Below are positions 12,291 through 25,499 of a DNA stretch of 64,000 bases, in pieces. This stretch comes from Iphione sp. A-MEVVRFRX5 (taxonomy: Eukaryota). The stretch covers positions 57,412,001 through 57,476,000 of the forward strand of contig OZ320315.1 in assembly GCA_976226885.1 (NCBI GenBank). Reading direction: 5' to 3'. The notes under the pieces are model-generated. The model saw only the letters and a program-made list of their open reading frames with translations. It searched no databases and was not told the DNA's origin. A program made the position numbers and the translations under genes. Each line of letters starts with the position of its first letter. Position 1 is the first letter of the stretch.

Positions 12291-15200
12291 TTTCAGATTT
12301 CAGATTTCAGATTGCCTTTATTCATCATGTCTGTATACAGAGCTTTTCCGTGATAAAATGCGGTGGTTTGATCAAAATTTAAAAAACAATATCACAAATA
12401 TATGTAAAAAGTTAAGTATGGGTTAAGTTTCACAGAATGCTTAGGCTTGGTCAAAGTCATTACATGCAACGCAGTGCTATCACAGGAAATAAATCACAGT
12501 ATAGGTATTATTTGAGCATAGCACTGTCATAGCATGGCTCCTACTAGCAATTTTAAGGTACATCGTTCATTTGACAACATGAGTTCATCAGACAGCTTCA
12601 AGGCATCATCTAGTACAATGCACGAGTTGTCCTCATAATCTTAGCAGTGCCAGTTATAAACTGAATTCTCACCCCACATTCAATCAAACAGAACTGGCTC
12701 ATGCCTGCACACAAGCATACTATACAAGCATACATACTTCACAGTTGTAGCAATACAGATATTACCCTAGTACATACATCCAACATCAATCTATATCTAA
12801 GTAAATAGTCCCAGCTCCTACACATGATGCACACTCACAGTTATTCTAACCCAATTCACACATACAATATCTGCACAATCAGAGAGCAGCACTTTAACAA
12901 CCTTCCACATTAGCTATTTTCTTACACAACCCTGTGACATCATCCAGTCAGACATTGCCCATATACTCCCCAGGCATCCAGTTGACACTGCGCTCTCACT
13001 ACCCCACCCACAATTCCCATTTTGGGATCTTACTGTGCACTTTGAGGGGCTCGGGGAGATTATTCCACATAACTAATCCCCTATAGATCAAAGATCTTGC
13101 AAATAATGTTGTCTTTGGCTGGTCCAAGGCAATTCATATCCCTCCCCCTCTCCGTTTCCCATTGGTTGTGTCTAGCTTCAGTAGACCCAGTCTCTGTTAC
13201 CCATGAATTGCCATAATGCCAGTGTGTTCAACCATCTACTCCATCCTCTCTACCCCCAGCCTGTGATGTAGTGTCACAGCCAAGAGGAAGTCACTGGACT
13301 GCAGCACTGTTTTGTAGCACCTGTTAAAGTGCACCTGCAACCTGACTAGGTCAGATTTCAACAGGGCATACCACAGCATCGTATGATAGTGTATCTGTGG
13401 CAGGATTAGTGTCTGATCAGTGTCTGTAGTCTTGCCCTAAAGGGCAGAATACACTTCAACCATGAGAGTCAGTGAACAGTGGCTCATGTGGCCCCCATTG
13501 TCCTATTGATGCTGTCCTTCATATGTAGCTTGGTGTCCAAGGTATACCCAAGCAGTTTAGTAACCCACTCCATTCGCAAGGTATTTTCATCCAGACTGAG
13601 ATCCATGGGGAAGTCTGCTGCCAGACCTAGGGGAGAGTAGGCACATTTTTTCTTGCTGACAACCAGTCCAGTGGTAGAACACCATTTACTGACTGCATTT
13701 AGGGTTCTCTGTATGACTGACCACAGCCTCAATAGGTCCCATACCCACACTAGGGTGGAGAGGTCATCTGCATACAGTACTCCATATGCCTTGGCTGGCA
13801 GGACTCTGGGCATGGTCTCCACGACCAGTGTAAAGGCCGTTGGACCAAACATAGAGCCATGAGGGACACCTTGCTTTAGTTTCAAGATGGATGAGTTCCT
13901 CCCCCCAAAGCTGACAAACTGTTCTCTTTGGCCAAGGTAGGAAGCAATCATGGCTCGAAGACCTGGTCCAGCTCCCAAGGAGCCCAACCTGTCTAAAATA
14001 ACACGGTGTGGAACTACATTAAATGCTTTGGTAAAGTCAAAGATGAGCAAGACTGAGTAGGCCTTTTTGTTTAATAGCTGATGTGTCTTCTTTAGGACCA
14101 ACACTACTGCAGTCTCTGTGCTCTTCCCTGTACCAAAGCCATGTTGGATGTCACTATGTAGGCCCCTCTCATCCAGAACTCCCATCAGAGCTGGAATGAA
14201 CCAGCTTTTACAAAACTTGACTGGAAGTGGCAAGATAGAGACTGGTTGGTTGATACTGTAGTCATTGGCATCTCCTCTTTTGTGGGTTGGAGTTACCCTA
14301 GCCCTTTTCCAATGGCTAGGGTACAAACCTGTCTCGTAGATCTTATGTATCATCCACCAGAGGAAGTCCCCTACGGGTACCAACAGCAGCTTAAGCACTC
14401 TAGTTGGCACCGCCTCTATTCCAGAGGATTTGTTTACCTTTAAAACAAGGGTTCTAGTTAAGAAGATGAAGGGGGTTTGAGTTCAAAGCCAGCTAGCCTT
14501 TCTTCCGTTGCACTGCTGGAACAGCTCTCTGCTGTGTTGACAGTATTGGATTTAACCACAAGCTGCTCCATGCCTCAGACAAAGGGGCGTTTGAAGGCCT
14601 CTGCAACAGTCCCATCTCCTCTCCTTTCCATGACTTCTGCATCAGTTAGAGTGGAGTTTCCAATAATTTTGCCTGATGGGGAGTTGAGGACTTCCCCAAT
14701 CCTCTGTGCATTATTGCCAGCTTGACTTCCCAGGTTGCTTTTCTTCTTTGATCCATGGTACGCCTAACTCTCTTGTTTAGGAATTTTAAAATCCTAAGGC
14801 TGTGTTTGCAGCCTGTCCATCTCCAATTCCTGTAGAAGTGGTGTTATCGGGTACTAGTTCTCGCATGTCCTTGTCCAACTCTGTCCCATCTTCTTCTTTC
14901 CTCCTCTTGACAGTCTTGACCGGGCACCTCGTTTCCAGCTCAGTTCGAAGCTTGTCCACAAAATACTCCCATGATTGCTCATGTTCTCCGGCCAAGTGAA
15001 TCCTGTCCTGTCAGAGGGCAGTATGCACCTCATTTACATCTAACTTGCTCTAATCCCTCCTCATCACAAAGGATGGCTTGACTTTCTTCACATCTTCCTT
15101 GATGACCACCACTATGGGAAAATAATCCCTCAAGAACCATTCAGGACAGTTAGTGGACAGCTGCACACTACTCTGGATCCATAGATGATCCAGGCAGTGG

Positions 15201-15640
15201 TTGTTGCCCAACATGATTGGAATTTCCATGACCTGAATGTAGCCTTTCCCTGAAATCAGCCTGGCCATACCCATGCCATAGCTAGACATTTACAGAAAGT
15301 CATAGTTAAAGTCTGCCAAAATTATTTTCTGGCTTCTTCCTGCGCAGGCAGCTCCCACCAGAATCCTTTCCAGATCTCGGAGCATTTCAGCCATGTGAGT
15401 TTCGGTACCATCCTGGACTAAGCACTTTTTGACAGCATAACCCTCTTTGTAATAGATGACTCTCCCCCCTCCTGCTGCCAAAGTCAGAAGGTCTGCCTGC
15501 TCTGACAAAGTTATACCCACAAATTCCCAACTCTCTATCTGTGTGATTGCAAGTCAGCCAACTTTCAGTGACACAGCAGATGTCCGTATCCCTAACACAC
15601 ATACAGTCTGTCAGGTCCCTAACCTTTTGGCAAGGATTTG
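12291..15640 (-). mobile_element. CR1/L2-group LINE remnant (APE endonuclease plus RT, 3' tail)
   Basis: APE motifs DICCVTESWL, GGGRVIYYK, IILADFN and LDHLW (15050-15600). RT ORF 13484-14410 has WKRARVTPTHK, QHGF, DFTKAF, GVPHGS and YADD. The 3' end reads AATAAA then (TCTGAAA)x3 on the minus strand at 12291-12322. Multiple stops and frameshifts. Confidence 0.9.
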
Positions 15641-16152
15641 GATATTAGTAGTATATACGTTGATTCTACACCGCTCCGAATTACTATGAAATAAAGAGGA
15701 ATTTCGAAATTTAGTGTTTGAATCAACGTATATACTACTAATATTGTAACTATGTCATAGATACTACCTCACACAAACTTGTCCCACCTAGATAGCCTCT
15801 AGCCAAATACATCAGTTCAGCGACAGTGTCTGTATACAATGAAACGCTATAGTTATAAGACTTAAACAGCCGGTGTCAAAGGGGCGACACTCCCCCACAG
15901 CAACTATGTATGTAATTCAACGCACACATGAAAAATATTGTACATATCTATAGTACAAGGCATAGCCAGATCAACCTGCTTTAAGCGGAAACTATGAAAT
16001 ATATATATGGACATAGATAGGATATCTATGAGAGTGTATGATTTGTTGATCACCCTGGATACTACTTCACTTGGCAACATGTTCCTTAGAATGTATGACG
16101 TTACAACAGTCTCTCAAGTCAATTTTAAGCTTATGGACGGTCATTTCGCAGG

Positions 16153-17013
16153 ATGGGGAAATACTGCAAAAAATGTAAGGTAAATCACCCCCCACCTGTG
16201 GGAAACAACTGCCAGGAAGGTGCTATGATGCCGGATGAGCCCGAGGGAGCAGGGAAAGCGGATTTAGGCAAGGCCAACGACTTTGACGCTCGTCTATCTC
16301 GGATGGAGTCGCTGATCGAGATGATGGTTGCGGGATCCGGAGCTGGCAATGGCAAGAAGGATAAGCCTCGTGATATTGTTGGGTCTTCAAGCTCATCTGA
16401 CGAGGACAAAGAAAAAAGTTCAAGTGATTCTGATGAGGAAGACAAGGAAGTCTTGAAACGCAGGAACAAAAAGGCCAAGAAAAGGGACGGTAAGCGGTTA
16501 CGCAAGTTTGATATCGTCAAGTATACTGACGAAGATAGTATAATGACGTATGAACAATTAATGGTGGGATCACTAGGATTGATGCGCAAATTCATAAGGA
16601 AAGGCAAAGATGTGTCACCGTACGTTGAACATTTGTCTTTTTTATCTGCAAAAGCCGCAACCAAAGTCTATAATGTTCGTAGCCTTATCAGCTATGACGC
16701 AGAAATGCGTCGTAAGGCGAGCAAGAAGGGTTTGGATGTATTTTGTTACGGAGACACGGAGTGTATACACAAATACCTTGGTGTAGATGCTACTAGCGGA
16801 GTGTCAAAAATTAAGAGCGCCAAGAAGACGAGGAAGACAGACAGGATTTGTTTCAAATATAATTCAAGTGACTGTACCGATGCGTCATGCCAGTACCGTC
16901 ATGCCTGCCTCAATTGTTCTGTGACGGGCCACAAGGTGGCCGACTGCTTCGCAAGTAAAGCAACAGATGGCGACAGTGGGAAGAAGATTAAAGGCGCCAC
17001 AAAAGCACAGTGA
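16153..17013 (+). CDS. DIRS/Ngaro-like retrotransposon ORF1 (Gag-like), intact 286 aa
   Basis: N-terminal CKKC..H, acidic/basic linker, Y...MR..A helical core and C-terminal CFKYNSSDCTDASCQYRHACLNCSVTGHKVADC cluster typical of tyrosine-recombinase retrotransposon ORF1 proteins. Confidence 0.75.
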   Translation: MGKYCKKCKVNHPPPVGNNCQEGAMMPDEPEGAGKADLGKANDFDARLSRMESLIEMMVAGSGAGNGKKDKPRDIVGSSSSSDEDKEKSSSDSDEEDKEVLKRRNKKAKKRDGKRLRKFDIVKYTDEDSIMTYEQLMVGSLGLMRKFIRKGKDVSPYVEHLSFLSAKAATKVYNVRSLISYDAEMRRKASKKGLDVFCYGDTECIHKYLGVDATSGVSKIKSAKKTRKTDRICFKYNSSDCTDASCQYRHACLNCSVTGHKVADCFASKATDGDSGKKIKGATKAQ

Positions 17014-17259
17014 CGGTGTAGAGGCACAGCTGACAAGCCAACCTCAAGAGTAAGTGATGTGTCAGTCGTTGAATTAGAGGACAGATACATTCTTTCTAGT
17101 GATATGACCAGCGAGGTAGGCATGAATGATGCTGTTCCTAAAGGCAAGAGTCTGGTCGATTCCTGTGATGTCTCTCAAGACCAGTGCGGTGAAGAGGGTC
17201 AAGTCTACAAGCTGATTGAACTCAGGGATCAAGTGTTGTCATCATCCTTGGGTAAATAG
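17014..17259 (+). pseudogene. Truncated start of DIRS-like ORF2, in frame with ORF1
   Basis: Open frame continues after the ORF1 TGA and ends KLIELRDQVLSSSLGK*, resembling the L..L...V.SSG.PN segment ahead of DIRS RT. RT, RNase H and recombinase are absent. Confidence 0.5.
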
Positions 17260-17607
17260 TCAGGTAAGAAACTCTAACCAGCTGTGTACCTTACTCATAA
17301 TGGCAAATTACTGCAATTACTAGAAATTTATGGTAAACACCTCAGATTCTTAGATCTTGCATATGACAATAGAAACTTATGGTAAACACAGATATATCAA
17401 ACATGCACTGTCAATCATATTCATATGAAAATTCAACGCACATAGTAAAATAAAAACAGTTAGCTAGACAGTGAAACATCCTAAGGGTATATAATAGAGC
17501 AGAAAACATGTCAATTAATACTCTCGTGCTAGTCGAGCAAAATGGCGAGCCCTCTCCTCCACCAAGTGTTTAGTTATAATGGATCGATGCAGAAAACACA
17601 GACGGCC

Positions 17608-18291
17608 TTATATTTGCAGAAAGGTACGAAGGAAGTTCACACGTGAGTCCGACCAATCTTTCCTAGCCTCACTTGTGGGTTTAAAACCCCCTTCCTTGAG
17701 GTAGTCTCCGTTTGGACTTAGTGCCCCGTCAGTACAGACAGTGATGGGGAAATCAAGTCTTGGGGGCATCAGTCCATACCTTGCTGCCGTATATTCACAT
17801 AGCCTGTTGTACATGACACCAGAGGGGTCTAATAGAATCTGTGCTCTGTCCTCCTCAATATCAAGCTCCACCTGCTTCAAGTTAACGGTTGAGACCGTCA
17901 AACACACAAATTTTAGGTCATGTCCATCACGACCCCTGATGAGGAGCGCTAGTCGGTCTATCAATTTAATCAAGCACAACAGGTATGCCCAGGCACTTCT
18001 TCTCCTTACTGCCCGCTGGATGTTCTCCTTATAAACAAGATCAAGTGATCGAATCGCAAATAAGACCAACTTATAGGTCCACCAGTCGGCAAATAGTCTG
18101 TGCCTCAGCAAATTATGGTAATTTCCCCGTCGAACAAGCTGAATATGTATTACAATTGGCAGTAAAATATCCAATCGCACCTTTACAACAGCGGTGAAAG
18201 AGCGTTTGTCACACACTATCATGATACTTGTCCGATGCTCATCATTTATCCCTGGCCTATTGCACATGCAGAACTCTGCAGCAACAAACAA
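17608..18291 (-). CDS. Unidentified ORF (227 aa from a TTG start)
   Basis: Long open frame with protein-like composition in its C-terminal half; no family recognised. Confidence 0.3.
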   Translation of the reverse strand: MFVAAEFCMCNRPGINDEHRTSIMIVCDKRSFTAVVKVRLDILLPIVIHIQLVRRGNYHNLLRHRLFADWWTYKLVLFAIRSLDLVYKENIQRAVRRRSAWAYLLCLIKLIDRLALLIRGRDGHDLKFVCLTVSTVNLKQVELDIEEDRAQILLDPSGVMYNRLCEYTAARYGLMPPRLDFPITVCTDGALSPNGDYLKEGGFKPTSEARKDWSDSRVNFLRTFLQI

Positions 18292-18959
18292 ACGCTATAT
18301 CACAATCTGGGAGACTGAACATGTCATTATTACTGCAAAGAACCTATAAAATGCATTAAAACCTTCCCTAATAATGTTACTACCAGCCTGCATATACCTA
18401 CTTGCCCTCTTCGAGTACATAGTGCACCCACTGCCAAAGTATATGTCATGATCTGCGTAAAATCAGTCGCAATTCAAGTACTACCTCTTGATTGCTGACC
18501 CATCTCTCTGTATCTCTTGTTTAGCCGTGACTTCAAATCATATGTGCCTCAAAACCATAAGCCCCTTCAGTTTTGGCACTGTGCGAGAATCACCAGAGGG
18601 ACGCGCTCTCCATATCTGGTATGCAGTTTCAACGGATTTACAACAGGTATGACCAAAGACAGAGAGAATTCCAGGGGAGAAAGACCTAATGCATTATTGC
18701 TAAAAACATATACTTCTCCCATCACAAGCATGGGGTGGGTTAGAGGCACGGCATCTTCAGAGATGTTATGTGCATTGAACAGAGAATAATAATATATGCA
18801 AGTCAATGTAAAAGTCATGACAAAAACTGCGATCCACAAAGTAGCTTGAAAAATAGTTGTCAATTGTTTTATACAGTGTGACATCACAGCACTAAGTATC
18901 CAGGGTACCAACGGTACCTAAGATGAAGAAAATAAGAGCTACTTTGTTCATATACAACA

Positions 18960-19850
18960 TGACACTACGAAACAATTCTTTCCATAGGAGCTGTTTCCAC
19001 TGAGAATCTGATTGTAAGAGCACGAGTACTTTGGTGAAAATATTTGTTACAACCTGCTAGCAAGGTCAAGACGGGTAGTTTGGTCATTGTCCGCATATTG
19101 TTAAGAATGGGTTAGCGTCCTTCCTGGTCAACCCAATGAGCTTGTGACGTCTTTGTAGAGGCATGCACTTCCAATATCTCTTCTCGCATGAGACCCTTGA
19201 AGCCATCAGGGTTCTCATGGAGGTTTGATTACCCCCTGTTCAAGCGTTCCAACCATCGCATCATGTACAGCCCATTTTGTTTGGCGGTTTGTGGTATTTC
19301 AGTTCCAGTGTGATAGAAACTTAAAGGATTGACACATGTCTCAACAGGACCCTCTAGATAGAGTGATTGACCTGGCTTCTCCGATTGGGCATTGCAACCA
19401 GTGCCACAGCGCGCATGGTCTCTGCCAGCTACAACCTCATGGTGCATGGTCCCAATGCGTAAACAGAATTATCCTCACTGTAACGTATTCCCAAAATACA
19501 TGAGCTCATACCACAGCCGCTTCGACAGTGTGATTTGGCGATGTCACGAGCTGGTCATATTGCAAATTATCTAGGATCTGATACAGTACAGGCACATACA
19601 TGCCTAGGGACATACCATCTTACCTGAACCTGCACTACTAATCCCCCCTTATCCAGCTGCACCTTGCGACCGGTATCATTACGGTGACTTTTTAAGAGCC
19701 TCCCCGGTCGAGTTTCAATCTCTAACACACATCTCCCTGTTACTGTTAATAGTTGACCATCGGTCTCTCTCAGCACTCTTCCGCACGGATACAAGATGAG
19801 CACTAACAAAGGCACCCATCCCCCCCCCCCGATATCCACCATTTTACTAG
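18960..19850 (-). mobile_element. Highly decayed Ty3/gypsy pol remnant
   Basis: Protease-like MVDIG...LRETDGQLLTVTGRCVLEIE, RNase H-like MMRWLERL..LHENPDG and integrase-like REEILEVH...APMERI occur in gypsy order; many stops. Confidence 0.35.
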
Positions 19851-21149
19851 CATCCAGGTGACGCCAAGATGAAGGTCATCTACTGACATAAGGCTTCAGG
19901 CGGCCTTCGACAGCTTCAGCAATCTACTTGGTCTGGTTTGTCATATTAAATCGTGACGTCCATAGGTCGTATACACCTCCAACAAAACATAGATGTATGG
20001 TTCCCTCCCATAGAAGATGTTCATCCTAAACACACAATCTAAAAGCAACACAGAAATAGAACGCCTATCTGGACAAGGAATATTATGAAGGAGGGCACTA
20101 CTTTCAGACACCCAGCACATGACAGTCCAACGGATTGTGAGATGTAGTAGAGTTGTATTGCTCTTACCCGTATTGCTCTTTATCCATAGCACTATGGGGT
20201 CACCTGTTTTGTCAGCAATATCATTATAGTGAGACTACTACGTTGTGATTGGTGGTTAATTTCTAGACCATAGAATCGTAGTTGCTGAGGTTACAATTAA
20301 TGCTTCCCCCTGTTCATTGGCTCAAAACATTAAAAGAGTTTGTGTCTTGATTGGCTAATGATACTTTGGTTATCTGTTCCACCCATTTATATTGTAACAT
20401 GACCGTGATTCTGAAGACTAATGTGCCAGGTTTCAGGAGTAGCTTTGAAATAAAGAATGTCCATACTGGAAAAGACTGCAGAACTCTGTTGGGTGTCTTT
20501 CACAAAGTGCAGGGAAAGAGTGCCTATTTATTCACCAAAAACAGCAGCCGTTTATACAGTGATGGTTTCATAACAATGATTAAACCACCCTTACCACTTT
20601 CTCTCTTTCTTCCTATCATCCCCCCGAGTACATTGTATTGCATATTTGTGTTGTTGTCTGTACATTATTGGCATTATTTCAGACTCTTATTCTGTATCTG
20701 TCTTTCACTGTTGTGGTGTCGGTTGGGATTCTCTCCAACGAAGTTCAGTTCAAATTCCAGTGTTCTTATCCACTGTGCCATTAAGGCTTTTCTATATTAG
20801 TTCATTGATTTCTACTTTCAGTAGTGGTATATGAATGTCTAATGATTCCTTTTGGACTATACAAATAGGTGAACGATTTTTCTGTTTTTGCTTTTATTTT
20901 TATGGGATTTCCATTGTGTCTGTTCCACTTCCACATGTTTAACAATTAACGTTTGAATATATCAGGAAGAGTTATACATATTGTACTTTGTTGTTTTTCG
21001 GCTCGTGTCTGTCTGGTGTTTACACCCACATCTTCCTTTTGCCTAGTTTTTTCTGCATATTTTTCAGTATTCCCTTCATTGTCTTCTCCTGATATATGCA
21101 AGCCTAATTCGAATGTAGCATTCTGTTTCTCACTCTGTTCTGGCTGCTT

Positions 21150-21550
21150 GGATGGATACAATTGCTCGGTGGGTGAGGGTGGCTGTAACAGATTACCAAC
21201 ATGGTGTTGAATTTCAACTGATTCTCGTTTGTAATTACGGATTGCGTTAGATCTATGACCACTTTGTATCGCAATAGCTTGCCCGTCCACTCCCTTCTCA
21301 TATAATCTAGCATATACGTTAGATATGCTCTGTTTTCTTTATCTAAGTCAAAACTATATTGGGAAGCTTTTAAATTTGGATGTTCATCTCGAGCTCTAAA
21401 CCAAAGATTTTGCAAATATAAAAATAGACCCCATTGAAAGGCCTTTCGCTGTGCTTGTGTTAATGATACCGCTGTCCCATAATTGTCTCTCATGTTGTTC
21501 TGATATAATATCGGGTCTTTTTGGGTGTGTGCCCACGCCTGTGGCAATTG
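21150..21550 (-). mobile_element. Internally deleted Crypton-type (DUF3504-like) tyrosine recombinase remnant
   Basis: LFLYLQNLWFRARDEHPNLKASQYSFDLDKENRAYLTY, then after a deletion/frameshift GVDGQAIAIQSGHRSNAIRNYKRES..Q..VGNLLQPP. First Arg and the GH..Y box are present; the HxxR box is missing. Confidence 0.75.
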
Positions 21551-21960
21551 ATTTTTAGTTTCTTACCATTCAGATATAGGTCTAAGTCTTGGTTTCCAGC
21601 TTTCCCAGAGCCTGCATAAACCGTTTTGTTTTCATTGATAGATAGTACATTCTTCATTGCCCACCCACCCAAGTCTATTAGTCCTGCCTGAAGCTTTAAC
21701 CTCAACACAAATAAGTTGGATGCACTGGTCTATAATCGGACATCATTTGCATATACCACGATATCTACAATCCTCAACTTGTTCGAGATGTCGTTCACCA
21801 TAATGGCAAACATTATTATTTCCTTTATTTTCACTGGTTTGAAACATACATCTTATGAGTATTTGTTACCAGCTAAAATTACAGTCACCTCTATAACTTC
21901 TTTGGAACAATAGTTAGTAACGGATGAGTACTTCAACCATCAACAATAGCTATTATGAGT
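21550..21960 (-). mobile_element. LINE RT fragment
   Basis: FAIMVNDISNKL..VVYANDV (degenerate YADD), then WAMKNVLSINENKT..LYLNGKKLK. Confidence 0.6.
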
Positions 21961-24900
21961 TCATAGTGCTGCCGGCCTACTTACAGTTATATAATATAAC
22001 CAAGTTATATAATTAATCAGTTAATATAGCCATGATTTCACCTACTTCAGCTGTTTCTAATAATGCTGGGTGTAATAGTATGTCATTGTAGGGCCAAGCC
22101 CATCCCCCATTGTAATTTATATTCTTCATTATATAGTGGAACCACATCCTTCATCCATCCTCAATTGTCAATCATATATTATTTCACAAAATAATGAAGG
22201 AATATTTCCTATCCATGCATTATACCAAAAGGTTGTTAGTGTACAACTATTCTGGACCACGTTCCACTCCATCTGATATAATCCTCTATCTATTCCTAAT
22301 CAAGAATCATATCCCACTCCATCAGGTAGACTATATTTAGTCCCGTATAACTATGAACAACTATGTCTCATATAGGAGCACATTCTTTCATAATTTTAAT
22401 ACTATTATTTAAGGAACATTTCCATTCCAATTACTTCTGTTAGGATCACATCCCATTCCATCAAATGACCATTTTTCATATAGGAACACCTGAGTTTACA
22501 CACAACGTATCTACAATGTTGTAGTTTGGTTAGGTTAGAAAAAGACCTTTGCACAACATTGTATAAACATGAAATCACAACCTTCAGGTAACATTACATA
22601 ATGTGATGCATGTGTCTACAACATTGAAGTTTGGTTAGGTTAGAAAAAGCTTTTAATAAACCATATAAATGTTAATTGGCTTAAGTCCCCAAGGATCTCC
22701 TGACCAACAACCTCAGCCAAATCCAGAAGAGCCTATCAACCAGCAGCTCCAACCGATTCTGCAACCAATCCTAATAGATGTGAATGTGGAGGACGACCAA
22801 GGTGGGGAAGATGAGAACGACGTGGAAGACAAGTTGGAGGACAAGGTGGAGGTTATCAAAGAGTCAAAAGACCCTGTCCCTGTGCCTGGACAGCTGCAGA
22901 ATTCAGCAGTACACGAGCATGGCAAGGACCCTGTTGATGTCAATGTCAACAAGACACCTCCCATCAATTGGCAACTACCAGGGACACCCCCTGTCAAGAT
23001 TCAGAACAGGAGCAAATGTCATCGATTGAGGACCTGCCGAGTCGAGCAAGAAGAAGAGTCACACAACTCTGGTGAAACTGACAAGGAGTCTGGCAATGAC
23101 TCCCTGACAGGAGGTATAGAGAAGCTGGGACACAAACAGAAATTGAAGATGAAATACTCATCATCACAGAAGCCTGCAATGACTGATGTACCAAAACGAC
23201 CCTCACGTATTACACTTCACAAGCCGGAATGATACGATGGCAAAGCAGATTGGGAGGGATGGCACTCACAATTCGAGGAGTGTGCCTGAGTGAGCAATTG
23301 GGATTTACAGATGAAGATGAGCATGTTGGCATTGTCCTTAACAGGTGCAGGCCACTCTTTCTTCAGCGACCTGACATTGGCGGAAACGTCTATATACCAG
23401 AAACTGGTGACCACACTGGAAGACCGTTTTGGCCAAGGCCCAGAGAAGGTCTGCATGGTACAGGAACTTACTACGCTAAGAAGGGAAAAGGACCAAACAG
23501 TTAAGGAACTAGCTGATGCAGGCCGTCATCTTTAGAGAAGAGATTATCCTGAAGTAAATAAAGAAAGGAGAGATTCCTTCTTGGTGGCATTCGTTCAAAG
23601 GGCCCTTGGAGACAAGCTCAAGCTCAAGTGTATGTGAGCTGATGTGAAAACATTGGAAGAAGCAAGCCATATTGTAGAAATGGAAAAGATGTTCAAGATG
23701 TGGTCAAGCTCAGTCCTTGTAGGCTACTGAGTAGTGTGTCTGAAGCCAGCTGACTCCACTTTCTTTATATGCACCTATGTTTGGTTGCCATGGGAGCCTT
23801 AAGGTCCCACTATGCTGATTAAAATTGTGTGTGGAAAAAAAGGGGGCTAATATTGATCACTGGTTCCTCCGGTTTCAACTGGATAGTCTCATCAGGCCTG
23901 TATTCTTCAGGTAGGTGGTAGAGAACAAAGGTTGTGGTGAAATACATTTAATGTAAGTTATTTGAAAGGAATGGAAAAGATGTACACTAAAAAGAAGAAA
24001 GTCCGCACCATCGTGACTGAGGATTTGCTGAAGGAATAAATCCAGAAGCTTAAAGAGGAAATCCAGCCTAGACCAGTAGCAGCTGTGAAGCCAATAGTGG
24101 TAAAAACAACGGTGCCAGCTCAATCTAAAGTGAATCCATGACAGGAGAGAGCTAAAGTCAAGAGTACCAGATGGAATGCACAGGGCAAATTTGTTTGCTG
24201 GAATTGTTTCTTGGAAGATCATTTCAAGCAAGATTACCAAAAATGGAAATCCATCTCAGACACTGAAGTTTCCAAAAAGAAGGGAAACACAGAAGTGCCA
24301 CTGTCCAGGAACAGTGAATAGGTGCGGTGACAGGCAGAGGTCTGTACTTACCAGCTGAGATTAAAGGAGAATCTGTGGACTGTCTCATAGATACGGGAGC
24401 AGAAGTTACTCTAGCTCAAGAAAAGTATTGTTCTGAGCAACAGAAGAGTACTGAAGAAGAGCAGAAATTAGTACAGTAGATGTTGGATGCAGGTATAATC
24501 CAGGAAAGCAAGAGTCCATGGGCCAGTCCAATAGTCATGGTAAAGAAGAAAGGTGGATCTACCAGATTCTATGTGGACTATAGAAGACTGAATAAGGTGA
24601 CACAAAAGGATGCTTATCCCTTACCAGGGATCGACAATTTGTTGAATGCTGTACTAGGATCTCATTAGTTTTACTCACTGGATTTAGCAAGTGGTTATTG
24701 GCAAGGTGAAATGGAACAAGAGGATATCCCTAAAATGGCATTTGTGACTTCACAAGGATTATTTGAATTTATTATGATGCCATTTGGACTTGTGAATGCT
24801 CCTGCAACTTTTGAAAGACTTATAGATGAAGTAATTCATGGATTAACATGGACAGAATGTCTAGTCTATCGTGATGACATTCTAATCTTTGGAAGAGATT

Positions 24901-25499
24901 TTGAAGAAGTCACCCTACAGTTATGCCATGTCATCCAATGCTAAACAATAGCAGGATTGAAGATGAAGCTGAAAAAGTATGAGTTATTTCTACAAGAAAT
25001 TACTTTTCTTGGTCATGTAGTGACATACGAGGGGATATCCACGGATCCACAGAAAATTGCAGCTATTCAGAATTTGGATTCACCAACAAATTTGACTCAG
25101 GTCCGCACCTTTCCAGGCATGTGTTCTCATTATTGGGTGTATGTACAAGAATTTTCTAGGCAGTCCGTGCCACTCAGGAAGCTGACAAAGAAGAATATTC
25201 CATTCGAGTGGGGACCTGAACAACAATGAGCATTTAAAGATTTAAAGTTTGTGTTAACATCTAGTCCTGTATTGGGATATCCATTGCCAAAAACTCATTA
25301 TTATTTGGATACTGATGCTAGTGGAACCAGAATTGGAGCTGTACTCTCCCAAATACAGGATGGGAGAGAACAAGTAATTCAATATTACAGTCTAGCTCTC
25401 ACAAATGCAGAGATGAAGTATTGTACAACAAAAAGAGAATTATTGGCCATTGTGGCAGCAGTTAAGGAGATGCATTATTAATCTGTACTGACAACACTG

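Noticed and set aside
17608-17700. GG...DWSD segment as a DIRS tyrosine recombinase C-terminus
   Set aside because: Lacks HSxR and the catalytic tyrosine context; the resemblance is superficial.
22000-22480. Recurring GATGGA(A/G)TGG motifs suggesting a repeat protein on the minus strand
   Set aside because: No sustained open frame or regular period.
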